NCBI GenBank assembly: GCA_963666565.1
Contig: OY762911.1
Span: 4,448,001-4,512,000 of the forward strand
Source: Thermoanaerobaculia bacterium
GTDB taxonomy: Bacteria; Acidobacteriota; Thermoanaerobaculia; Multivoradales; Multivoraceae
Reading direction: 5' to 3'
DNA: 64,000 nucleotides
A program made the translations under genes and the position numbers. The notes under the pieces were generated by a model. It saw nothing but the letters and a program-made list of their open reading frames with translations. It ran no database searches and had not been told where the DNA came from. Numbering within the stretch: position 1 is the first letter of the stretch; each line of letters opens with the position of its first letter. This document shows, in pieces, positions 28,994-37,639 of this stretch.

Positions 28994-30322
28994 CTACTCG
29001 CCGCCCGTGCTCTGGATCGGCGCGAGGCCGACCCGCAACGCGACCGGGTCGACGGGCTCGACCGGCGCCCAGGCGACGAAGCCGAGCATCATCTCGTCGG
29101 TGGTCGCCGTGCCGTTGACGACGTTGTCGGCCGGATCGAAGCCCCGCTCCTCGCCGCGCTCGGGCGAGTTCTCGAACCACATCGACACCTCGACCCGGGT
29201 GCCGGCGGGAATCGTCTTCGGCTTCTTGTACTGGTAGGTCGTCTGCCATTCCTGGTCGTAGTTCGGCACGTCGAGCAGGACCTCGGTCGTGCCGTCAGGG
29301 TAGAAGGCGTCGTAGCGCACCGCCACCGACCGCAGGTGAGCGTGCGGCCACAGGGCCAGGAGGTCCGTCTCGACCGGGAACACCCGCGCCGAGCCGACCT
29401 TCCAGCGTTCGTGACCCGGCGGAATCTCGAAGGTCAGGTTGCCGATCGAGTCGAACTTGACCTCGCGCAGCTCGCTCTCCGGAGCGTCCGCGAACACGAA
29501 GCCGATCTCGGAACGGTCGAGGAAGCCGCTGCCCTCGCCGGCCTCCTTGTTGTAGTGCATGGAGAACTCGATGGTCGAACCGGGCTCCAGCTTCATCGCG
29601 TAGCCGGGGTCCATCAGGTGACTCTCGGCGCCGAGGGCAATGCAGCCGATCGAGCTGTCGCTGAACTTGCCGAGCGCCGTGGCGCCGCCGGGCGGCCGGA
29701 CGCTGGCGCACATGTGGTGAACGTCGCTGCCGCCGACCTTGAACTCGACGCCGCGCACCCAGACCGGCTCGGGGAGCATCTCTTCGGTGAGTTCGGCCTC
29801 GAAGTTGATGTTGATGTCGGCGATTTCGTCGGCCACCCAGTATTCCTCGGGCATCGCCACGACCAGGTCGGGACGGCCGAGCGACCAGCCGCCGGAACCC
29901 TCCTCGACGAACTTCCTCGGCGGCGGCGCATCGGCCGCGTCGCCGGCCGGCGAACCGCCGCGGACCCAGGCCACAACCGTCTCGATCTCGCCGTCCGTCA
30001 TCACCCGTTCGTTGTGGAACTGGCCGCGCGTGGCCTCGGTCGCGAACCAGGGCGGCATGGCGCGGCTCTCGACCGCGCGGGCGATCGAGCGCGCCCAGGG
30101 ACGGGTCTGTTGGTACGTCATCAGCGGCATCGGCGCGATCATGCCGCCGATGTTCTCGCCCTCGCCGTCGGGCCGGTGGCAGGTCTGGCAGTTCTCCTGA
30201 AGCACCGGCAGCACGTCGGCGTAGAACGTCGGCGTGTCCGCGTCTGCCGCCAGACCAAGGCCGGGAACGGCAAGGGCGGCGACGAGCATGAGCAGGATCG
30301 GACGAGAGGTCTGGGCTTTCAT
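28994..30322 (-). CDS. Haem c (CxxCH) plus copper type II monooxygenase-like secreted protein
   Basis: Signal peptide, CQTCH and MPPW (cytochrome part); VHH, MHY, PHAH and DEMM (PHM/DBH-type Cu ligands). Confidence 0.8.
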   Translation of the reverse strand: MKAQTSRPILLMLVAALAVPGLGLAADADTPTFYADVLPVLQENCQTCHRPDGEGENIGGMIAPMPLMTYQQTRPWARSIARAVESRAMPPWFATEATRGQFHNERVMTDGEIETVVAWVRGGSPAGDAADAPPPRKFVEEGSGGWSLGRPDLVVAMPEEYWVADEIADININFEAELTEEMLPEPVWVRGVEFKVGGSDVHHMCASVRPPGGATALGKFSDSSIGCIALGAESHLMDPGYAMKLEPGSTIEFSMHYNKEAGEGSGFLDRSEIGFVFADAPESELREVKFDSIGNLTFEIPPGHERWKVGSARVFPVETDLLALWPHAHLRSVAVRYDAFYPDGTTEVLLDVPNYDQEWQTTYQYKKPKTIPAGTRVEVSMWFENSPERGEERGFDPADNVVNGTATTDEMMLGFVAWAPVEPVDPVALRVGLAPIQSTGGE

Positions 30323-30483
30323 CTTCGTGTACTCCCGGTAACGCGGACCGCTGGTCCGCTGTCGACGACCAGGGAAGCCCCTGCCGGCCTGGATCCCTGG
30401 TCGGTGCTCAGGAAGTGTACCCGAACCAGAGTGGCGTATTGTGGATCACTGCAGATCAATCGACGATGTCAAGCGAAACGGAG

Positions 30484-32313
30484 ATGGCCACTATGGGTAA
30501 GTCGCTCGCCAACTCAGCCGGAACTCCGGGAACCGCCATCTTCCTGATGCTCTGCGGCTCGCTCGCCGCCACAGCCCAGGAAGCCGACCGAAGGGCATTG
30601 TTCGGCGACCTGCACGTACACACGCGCTATTCGTTCGACGCCTTCATCTTCGGCACCCGTACGACTCCGGACAACGCCTACGAGTTCGCCAGGGGCAAGG
30701 CGATCGAGCACCCCGGAGGCTTCGCACTCCAGCTCGACCGGCCGCTCGACTTCCTCGCCGTGACCGACCACGCGAACTACCTCGGCATGCTGGAGGCGAT
30801 GTCGCAGCCCGACCACCCGCTGTCCAGGCTCGACCGGGCGGCGGACTTCACCCAGGCACGGACCATCGCCGAGAAGCGGAGCGCCTTCCGCAGCGGCGCC
30901 TACGTCCGGGAACATCGCGACGTGGATGTCATCCGCTCGGCCTGGAAGCGGACGGTCGAGGCTGCCGAACGCCACAACGACCCCGGCGCCTTCACCACCT
31001 TCCCCGCCTACGAGTACACCTCGAGCCGCGACGGCGGCAACCTGCACCGCAACGTGATCTTCCGGGGCGACGCGGTGCCCGACTACCCGTACGGCCGCAT
31101 CGACTCGATCAACCCGGAAGACCTCTGGGCGTGGATGGACGACCTGCGGTCGCAAGGCATCGAGGCCCTGGCGATCCCCCACAACTCGAACGGCTCCGAC
31201 GGCCACATGTTCCAGCTCGTCAACTTCGCCGGCGAGCCGATCGACGCCGCCTACGCAGAGACCAGGATGCGAAACGAACCCCTGGTCGAGGTCACGCAGG
31301 TCAAGGGCACCTCCGACACCCATCCCTTCCTCTCGCCCAACGACGAATGGGCGGACTTCGAGATCATGCCCTACCGGATCGCGCAGTGGAACAAGTCGAG
31401 ACCGCGCGGTTCCTACGTCCGCGACGCCTACCAACGCGGACTCAAGCTGCAGGCAGAAAGCGGCGCGAATCCCTACCGGTTCGGCCTCGTAGGCGCCAGC
31501 GACACCCACAACGGCGGCGCCTCGCTCGACGAATCGAACTTCGTCGCCAAGGTCGGCATCCTGGACGCGACAGCCGAGCTGCGCGGCTCGGTGCCGATCG
31601 TGTCGGAGGAAGGCGTCACGGCCTACAACGACACCTACTACAAGACTTGGAGCGCCTCCGGCCTGGCCGGCGTCTGGGCCGGGGAGAACACGCGCGACTC
31701 GATCTACGACGCCTTCCGCCGCAAGGAGACCTTCGCGACTTCCGGTCCCCGCATCGTCGTCCGTTTCTTTGCCGGCGACTATCCTGACGACTTGGCTGAG
31801 CGCGAGGACGCAGTCGACGTGGCCTACGCCGAGGGCGTGCCGATGGGCGGCGAACTGCCAGCCGGCTCGGACGGCGCCGCGACGCCCCGCTTCCTCGTCT
31901 GGGCGCTCCAGGACCCGCTCGGCACGCCGTTGCAGCGGGTTCAGGTGATCAAGGGCTGGAGCGACGACGGACACGGGATGGAACAGGTGTTCGACGTCGC
32001 CTGCTCGGACGGCCTGGCTCCCGATCCCGAAACCCATCGCTGCCCCGACAACGGCGCCAAAGTGGATCTCGGCGACTGCAGCATCACGGCCGACAGGGGG
32101 GCGTCGGAGCTCGTCACGCTGTGGCGGGACCCGACCTTCAAAGCCGGGCAACACGCCTTCTACTACCTCCGGGCGCTGGAGAACCCCACCTGCCGCTGGT
32201 CGACCTGGGATGCCGTCAAGGCTGGCGTCGATCCAAGGCCGGGGCTCCAGCCGACGATCCAGGAACGCGCCTGGTCGTCGCCGATCTGGATAGGCGGTCC
32301 GCCGACCGAGTGA
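30484..32313 (+). CDS. DUF3604 (PHP-like metal-binding) protein
   Basis: GDLHVHT.YSFDA, VTDHA, NLHRNV, IPHNSN, SDTHN and ERAWSSPIW motifs; start uncertain. Confidence 0.9.
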   Translation: MATMGKSLANSAGTPGTAIFLMLCGSLAATAQEADRRALFGDLHVHTRYSFDAFIFGTRTTPDNAYEFARGKAIEHPGGFALQLDRPLDFLAVTDHANYLGMLEAMSQPDHPLSRLDRAADFTQARTIAEKRSAFRSGAYVREHRDVDVIRSAWKRTVEAAERHNDPGAFTTFPAYEYTSSRDGGNLHRNVIFRGDAVPDYPYGRIDSINPEDLWAWMDDLRSQGIEALAIPHNSNGSDGHMFQLVNFAGEPIDAAYAETRMRNEPLVEVTQVKGTSDTHPFLSPNDEWADFEIMPYRIAQWNKSRPRGSYVRDAYQRGLKLQAESGANPYRFGLVGASDTHNGGASLDESNFVAKVGILDATAELRGSVPIVSEEGVTAYNDTYYKTWSASGLAGVWAGENTRDSIYDAFRRKETFATSGPRIVVRFFAGDYPDDLAEREDAVDVAYAEGVPMGGELPAGSDGAATPRFLVWALQDPLGTPLQRVQVIKGWSDDGHGMEQVFDVACSDGLAPDPETHRCPDNGAKVDLGDCSITADRGASELVTLWRDPTFKAGQHAFYYLRALENPTCRWSTWDAVKAGVDPRPGLQPTIQERAWSSPIWIGGPPTE

Positions 32314-32413
32314 GGGAAAGTGCACCGCCGGAAGGACCCCGACAGGCGGCCCATATACTGCCGGCGGCCCCCGGCGACTCCAGCTTCTTCATCCCGAGTA
32401 CCAGTACCCGATC

Positions 32414-33664
32414 ATGCGCAAGTGTCTGATTCCGCTCACGCTGAGCATCACCGTCGGCATTTCGCCCGCTCGCGCGCAAGGCGACGAGGAGAACGTTCCT
32501 CAGGAGCCGGCGACGCTTGGACAGGCTATCCGCGACGCGGACGTGTCGCTCGGCCTCCGTTACCGCGTCGAACAGTCCGACGACGACGCGTTCGACGCCA
32601 CGGCGCTCGCTTCGACCCTGCGCACCACCCTCAAGCTGGAGACCAAGGCCTACCGCGGTTTCTCCTTCCTGCTCGAGGCGGAGGACGTGACCCCGGTCGG
32701 CAACGACCGCACCTATCGCAACCTCGGCCACGGCGGCCTCGACAACGGCGTCCGCGACCGGCCGATCATCGCCGATCCGGCGCTCACCGCGATCAACCAG
32801 GCGGCGGCCCGCCTGGAGCGGGGGCCGGTAGCCTTCACCCTCGGCCGGACCGAGCTTCTGATCGGCGACCAGCGCTTCGTCGGCGCGGTCGGCTGGCGTC
32901 AGCATCACCAGGCCTTCGACGCGGCCGCTCTCGACGCGGAGCTTGCCGCCGACTGGTCGCTGCGCTACGCCTTCCTGAACCGAGCCCACCGGATCACCGG
33001 CGCCGAGGAGCCCATGGGCTCCCACGTGATCTACGTTTCGGGCCCGGCGGGTCCCGGCAACCTGGCCCTCTTCGGCTACCTGCTGGACTACGACCGACCC
33101 GGCGCCGCAGCCAACTCAACCTCCAACTGGGGCGCCAGCTACAACGGTTCGCACGACGCCGGCGCGGCCTCCGTTCTGTGGGAACTCCAGTACGCGGTCC
33201 AATCGGACTGGGCGGACCACCCTGGCAGCGTCGACGTCTTCTACCAGAAGACCGGGATCGGCTTCACCCGCGGAGACGTCAGCGTGCGCGCCGTACGCGA
33301 GGCCCTGGACGGCGACGGCACGCACAGCTTCCGCACGCCGCTGGCCACCCTGCACGGCTTCAATGGCTGGACCGACAAGTTCCTCGGCACTCCCGCCCAC
33401 GGCCTGGTCGACCTGTACCTGCGCCTCGACCACAACCTGGGCACCTGGAACTGGACGGTCCGCTGGCACCGGTTCCGCTCCGCGGTCGGCAGCATGGACT
33501 ACGGCACCGAGATCGACGCGATGGCGGTGTGGAACACCCCCTGGAAGCAGGACTTCGGCATCAAGCTGGCGCAGTACAACGCGGACGAGTGGAGCACGGA
33601 CACGTTCAAGGTCTGGGTCTGGACGTCCTGGACCGTCAACCTGCGATCCGCAGGCGGCCGCTGA
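32414..33664 (+). CDS. Alginate export family outer-membrane beta-barrel
   Basis: RYRVEQ, DQRFVGAVGWRQ, TPLATLHGFNGWTDKF and YGTEID motifs. Confidence 0.82.
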   Translation: MRKCLIPLTLSITVGISPARAQGDEENVPQEPATLGQAIRDADVSLGLRYRVEQSDDDAFDATALASTLRTTLKLETKAYRGFSFLLEAEDVTPVGNDRTYRNLGHGGLDNGVRDRPIIADPALTAINQAAARLERGPVAFTLGRTELLIGDQRFVGAVGWRQHHQAFDAAALDAELAADWSLRYAFLNRAHRITGAEEPMGSHVIYVSGPAGPGNLALFGYLLDYDRPGAAANSTSNWGASYNGSHDAGAASVLWELQYAVQSDWADHPGSVDVFYQKTGIGFTRGDVSVRAVREALDGDGTHSFRTPLATLHGFNGWTDKFLGTPAHGLVDLYLRLDHNLGTWNWTVRWHRFRSAVGSMDYGTEIDAMAVWNTPWKQDFGIKLAQYNADEWSTDTFKVWVWTSWTVNLRSAGGR

Positions 33665-34058
33665 CGTCGACCGAGGCCTCGGCTCCTTCCGGCAGGGTCT
33701 CCCAGTCCGCCGCTTCGAGCAGGACCACCGGCGGCGACCGTTCGTAGAGTTCGCGGGCCACCGCGGCGCCCAGCGCCAGAATGCCGTCGAGCTCGCGCAG
33801 CACGACGGCGGCCGGCGCCGTGCCCAGACGAACGCCCTCCAGCAGCACCGAGCTCGAACTGCTCGACCCGCGCCCGTACGGCATGACCAGGACGCGGCCG
33901 GCGACACTCTCGCCGCAACGCGGATGCCGCCGGTCGATGATCGTCCCGGTAGCCGGATCGACGCCCCCCCAGAACGAAAGCGGCTCCTCGAGCCGGAGCA
34001 CCCGCCCGGCACCGGCCCCGGCCACCAGGACTCGCCCTTCAAGCGCCACGCCGCTCAC
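33636..34058 (-). CDS. Aconitase X swivel subunit (DUF126)
   Basis: PLSFWGGVDP.TG.IID..HP and GRGSSSSS motifs; GTGA coupling to the upstream gene. Confidence 0.9.
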   Translation of the reverse strand: MSGVALEGRVLVAGAGAGRVLRLEEPLSFWGGVDPATGTIIDRRHPRCGESVAGRVLVMPYGRGSSSSSSVLLEGVRLGTAPAAVVLRELDGILALGAAVARELYERSPPVVLLEAADWETLPEGAEASVDVSGRLRIAG

Positions 34059-35464
34059 GGCCACAACTCCGGGTCGCGCCAGAGCCGGCCGGCCTGGGCG
34101 GAACGAACGCACTCGGCCAGGCTGCCAAAGACGACATCGAAGCCGACGTTGCCAGGCGCGTAGTGAGCGAACTTGCCCGAGTTAGTCATCAGCACGCCGC
34201 CCGCCGGCGTGCGCAGGATGGGCGCCACAACCACGCAGGTGTCGACGACGACCCGCACGCCCAGCGCGCGCAGCCGGGACAGCTCGCCGCTCCGTTCCAG
34301 GAAGTCGAGCGAAAGCCGGTTCGTGCAGACCACGAACTCCACGCTCTCCGCCGGAGGATGGCGCCGGACCAGGGGCAGCAGATCCCGGAACTCCCGCGGC
34401 GAGAAGTGGGGACTGCCGAGCGCCACGACGTCGATGGCGAGATCCCGCGCGCGGCCGTTCGCCGACGCCGGGTCCGCGCCGGGCCGGGCCGGCCGCCTCG
34501 AACCGGGAGGAGCCTGAGCCGCGGCTTCGCCCGTGGGCGGCGCAACGTCCGCCACCGTCGACAGCCGCCGCAAGGCGACCCTGAGATCGGCGGCCGTGAC
34601 CTCGATCCACTCCTCCGCTTTCCCGCCGCCCCGCGCCGGGTCATGCGAACCGAGCGCCGCTTCGAGCGTCGGCGCCTCGGGCGTGATGCCGACCGCGTGA
34701 AACAGGGCGACCGCGCCCGACGACGCCGCGGCCGCGCCCAGCGCCTTCAGGCCGTCCTCGTCGGCATCTTCCAGGCCAAGCAGCACCGGGATCCGGTTGC
34801 CGCAGCGCTCCCCGACCAGGTAGCCGATCGCCGGCAGCAACCAGGACGCCGACCGCAACGAAGGCGGCAGCGAACGCAGATCGAAGACGACCTGTCCGCA
34901 CCGGTTCTCCTCCAGGTGGAGCCCCACCGCCGGCGCGCGTCCGGCGATGGCGGCGCAGATGTCGATGAAGTCGCCGTAGCGATGGGTGCGGGCGCCGAGG
35001 ACCGAGTTCGCGAACACGATCGCGTTGCTCTCGGCCCAGGCGACCTGCTGGCCGAACGCCGGCCGCGGCGTCGTCTGGTAGGGCGCGCAGGTCCAGATCG
35101 TCCGGCAGCCCATCTCCTCGTAGCACTCCATCAGCCGCAGCGCCTTCGCCCGGCGCTCCGCCGTGCCGGCGAACTCGTTCGGATGCAGCAGGTCGAGGCC
35201 GCCGACGTTCAGCGTCGTCGGCACGCGGACGCGCGCGCCGCCGGCCACCAGGAGCTCCGCGAAGTCGACGCCCGAGTCGCCGTGGTACAGGCAGCCGTCG
35301 ATGTGGGCGCCCTCGATGTCGAGCAGCCGCTCGGCGCCGTAGACGCCGGCCATCGCGACCAGGATGCGCATGGCCGCCGCCGTGGCCTCGCCGAAGTCGC
35401 CGGCGAGCATGGAGCGGTCGCGGTCGGTCAGATCGACGGACCCGCGCATGTCCAAGCCAGCCAT
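34055..35464 (-). CDS. Aconitase X catalytic subunit (DUF521)
   Basis: AHIDGC, TCAPY, WAESNA, GSPH, DTC and TNSGKFAHY motifs. Confidence 0.92.
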   Translation of the reverse strand: MAGLDMRGSVDLTDRDRSMLAGDFGEATAAAMRILVAMAGVYGAERLLDIEGAHIDGCLYHGDSGVDFAELLVAGGARVRVPTTLNVGGLDLLHPNEFAGTAERRAKALRLMECYEEMGCRTIWTCAPYQTTPRPAFGQQVAWAESNAIVFANSVLGARTHRYGDFIDICAAIAGRAPAVGLHLEENRCGQVVFDLRSLPPSLRSASWLLPAIGYLVGERCGNRIPVLLGLEDADEDGLKALGAAAASSGAVALFHAVGITPEAPTLEAALGSHDPARGGGKAEEWIEVTAADLRVALRRLSTVADVAPPTGEAAAQAPPGSRRPARPGADPASANGRARDLAIDVVALGSPHFSPREFRDLLPLVRRHPPAESVEFVVCTNRLSLDFLERSGELSRLRALGVRVVVDTCVVVAPILRTPAGGVLMTNSGKFAHYAPGNVGFDVVFGSLAECVRSAQAGRLWRDPELWP

Positions 35465-35509
35465 GGCCGGTCAGTGTAGCCACCGCCCGATGCGCGCCGC
35501 GTGCGCGCC

Positions 35510-35649
35510 TGGGTGCGCGGGTCTTCCGACCCGTATGCGGGCGGAGCCGCGGAGCGGCGTAGCCCGGACGACAGCGGCGCCGGCCTTATGGCCGGCACGT
35601 ACTTCTGGCCGCCTGCGGCGGCATGCGGGTCGGAAGACCCGCGCACCCG
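35510..35649. repeat. REPIN-like doublet (two inverted family A REPs)
   Basis: TGGGTGCGCGGGTCTTCCGACCCG at 35510 and the inverse GCGGGTCGGAAGACCCGCGCACCC ending ~35648. Confidence 0.85.
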
Positions 35650-35700
35650 GCGCGCACCCGGCAGGCGCTTCGTTGCGTTTCGGCGGTGCAAGCTCCTAAC

Positions 35701-35870
35701 GAGGCTTCGCCTCAGACCGACGAGCATGTTCGCGGCGGTGGTCGGCCTCGGCCTTGGCGTCGATCGGACTCCGGTCGCTGCTTCAGCTGCGGAGTGAATC
35801 CGCCGTATTGTCGCTCTGCGGCGAAGGTGGCCTTAAGCTGGCCGGTGAGAAGCCCATCGACCGGAGTCCG
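35701..35870 (+). other. Structured leader of the IS-like element (candidate ncRNA or ssDNA structure)
   Basis: Hairpin 35701-35713; perfect 13-bp stem 35765-35777/35858-35870 covering the GGAG RBS; nested inner stems. Confidence 0.55.
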
Positions 35871-35873
35871 CTG

Positions 35874-37475
35874 ATGAAGGTAGCACGCACGGCAGCCGAG
35901 GTTCTTGAGGAGCATGTGTCGTTGACGCTGGAGTGCGTCGATCGGATGTACCTCAACGTCTACGTACCGGTGCTTCAGCGTGGCGCGGGCGCGGCCTGGT
36001 TCTTCCGGGAGGTGCGGGGCGCGCAGGTGCCGTCGTCGGTGCTGATGGCGCCGATGACGAGGCGGTTCGTGGCCGCGATCAAGGGCTACGCGCGGCAGCA
36101 TCGGATCGACATCGTCCCGTTTCGGCGCGGCGAGCGCAAGGACGACCGCACCCGCGAGTACCTTCGCCGGTGGCATGGAGGCGAGGGGGTGCTGTACGTC
36201 GGCAAGGCGCAGGAGAAGGCTCGGGTGCTGCGTACCGAGCGTCGTTACGACTCGGCGACCGACGCGGGCTATCCGTGGCTGGTGCACTCGACGGCGATGG
36301 TCAACCAGTACTACTTCTACGTGTTCGACGACGACTTCGGTCCGTTCTTCCTGAAGTTCTGCTCGTACTTCCCCTACAACGCCAAGCTGTGCATCAACGG
36401 ACACGAGTACCTCAAGCGCCAGTTGAGCAAGCGGGGGATCGAGTACGAGGCGCTGGACAACGGCATCCTGCGCTGCTCGGACCCGGAGGCGATGCAGCGG
36501 CTCGCCGACGGCCTCGACGCGGACAAGATCGACGCGCTGCTGCGCAAGTGGCTGGCTCGCCTGCCGCATCCGTTCTCCGCCGGCGACCGGCGGCGGGGCA
36601 TCCGCTACGCCGTCTCGATCCTCCAGGCCGAATTCGCCCTGACCCAGGTCTTCGACCGCCCGGTGCAGGGTCGGGTCTTCTTCGAGGAGGTGCTGCGCGA
36701 GCACCTCGACATGGGACGGCCCGAGCACGTGCAGTTGATCTTCAAGCGCCGCGTCACGCGACGCACCCCCTCGCGGTATCGCACCCGCGTCATTACCGAC
36801 GGGGTCTCCCCGTCGCTGCACGTCGACTACAAGCACTCGCGCATCAAGCAGTACCACAAGGAAGGGCGCGCCCTGCGCACCGAGACGGTGATCAACGACA
36901 CCTACGACTTCGATGTCGGTCGTTTGCTGAGAAACCTCGATGACCTCAAGAAGGTCGGCTTCGCCGCCAACCGACGCCTGCTCGGCGTCCAAACTCTCAG
37001 CCACGACTGTCTGCTCGGAGCCGAAACGCTCGACGATCTGCACCGTCCGCGGTGCATCTCGGGTCAGCGCGCTTCGGCGCTTCGCTTCGGAGACCGCAGG
37101 GTGCAGAGTCTCTTCGCCGCCCTGCTGCGCTTCAGCCTCCTGCCCAACGGCTTCCGCAACCGCGACCTGCGGCCCGCGGTCGCCAGTCTGTGCGGACTCA
37201 CGCCGGACCGCTACGGACCCTCCCGCATGACCTACGACCTGCGCCGACTGCGACTGCGGGGAATCGTCGAACGGGTTCCGCGCACCCACCGCTACCGGAT
37301 CACCGACTGGGGACTGCGCGTAGCGTTCGCCTACCACCGGACCCACGCCCGAGTGCTCGGCCCCGTCATGTCCGCCACCCTCGACCCGGAAGCCAACGCC
37401 CGGCTACGAAGAACCGTCGCCAGCTACGACCGCGAGGTCCAAAGAGCTTGGCGAGGACAGCGACTCGCAGCCTGA
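35874..37475 (+). CDS. Putative transposase with a Rep-like KQYHK...RTE motif and C-terminal winged HTH
   Basis: 533 aa from ATG 35874; ECVDRMYLN, IKQYHKEGRALRTETVIND and RMTYDLRRLRLRGIVERVPRTHRY motifs. Confidence 0.7.
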   Translation: MKVARTAAEVLEEHVSLTLECVDRMYLNVYVPVLQRGAGAAWFFREVRGAQVPSSVLMAPMTRRFVAAIKGYARQHRIDIVPFRRGERKDDRTREYLRRWHGGEGVLYVGKAQEKARVLRTERRYDSATDAGYPWLVHSTAMVNQYYFYVFDDDFGPFFLKFCSYFPYNAKLCINGHEYLKRQLSKRGIEYEALDNGILRCSDPEAMQRLADGLDADKIDALLRKWLARLPHPFSAGDRRRGIRYAVSILQAEFALTQVFDRPVQGRVFFEEVLREHLDMGRPEHVQLIFKRRVTRRTPSRYRTRVITDGVSPSLHVDYKHSRIKQYHKEGRALRTETVINDTYDFDVGRLLRNLDDLKKVGFAANRRLLGVQTLSHDCLLGAETLDDLHRPRCISGQRASALRFGDRRVQSLFAALLRFSLLPNGFRNRDLRPAVASLCGLTPDRYGPSRMTYDLRRLRLRGIVERVPRTHRYRITDWGLRVAFAYHRTHARVLGPVMSATLDPEANARLRRTVASYDREVQRAWRGQRLAA

Positions 37476-37639
37476 GGCCGACCTCCGTCACGCCGAATCG
37501 ACACGGACACCCCGAACCAAACTTGACTCAACTGTTAAGACGCCCCTTGTTCAAGGAGTCTAGACTCACCGCTTCGCCCACTCAGCAGACAAACACACGG
37601 ACGACGCCCGCTGCGCGCGGCGCCCGTGAAGAGGCCCGC

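Larger units (their letters stand above)
35696..37563 (+). mobile_element. Putative IS-like element of unrecognised family, no terminal inverted repeats
   Basis: Single large ORF unrelated to its neighbours; CAAG-N3-CTAA at the left junction and CAAG-N4-CTAG at the right; AT-richer right end (AAACTTGACTCAAC...); structured leader. Ends are inferred. Confidence 0.65.
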
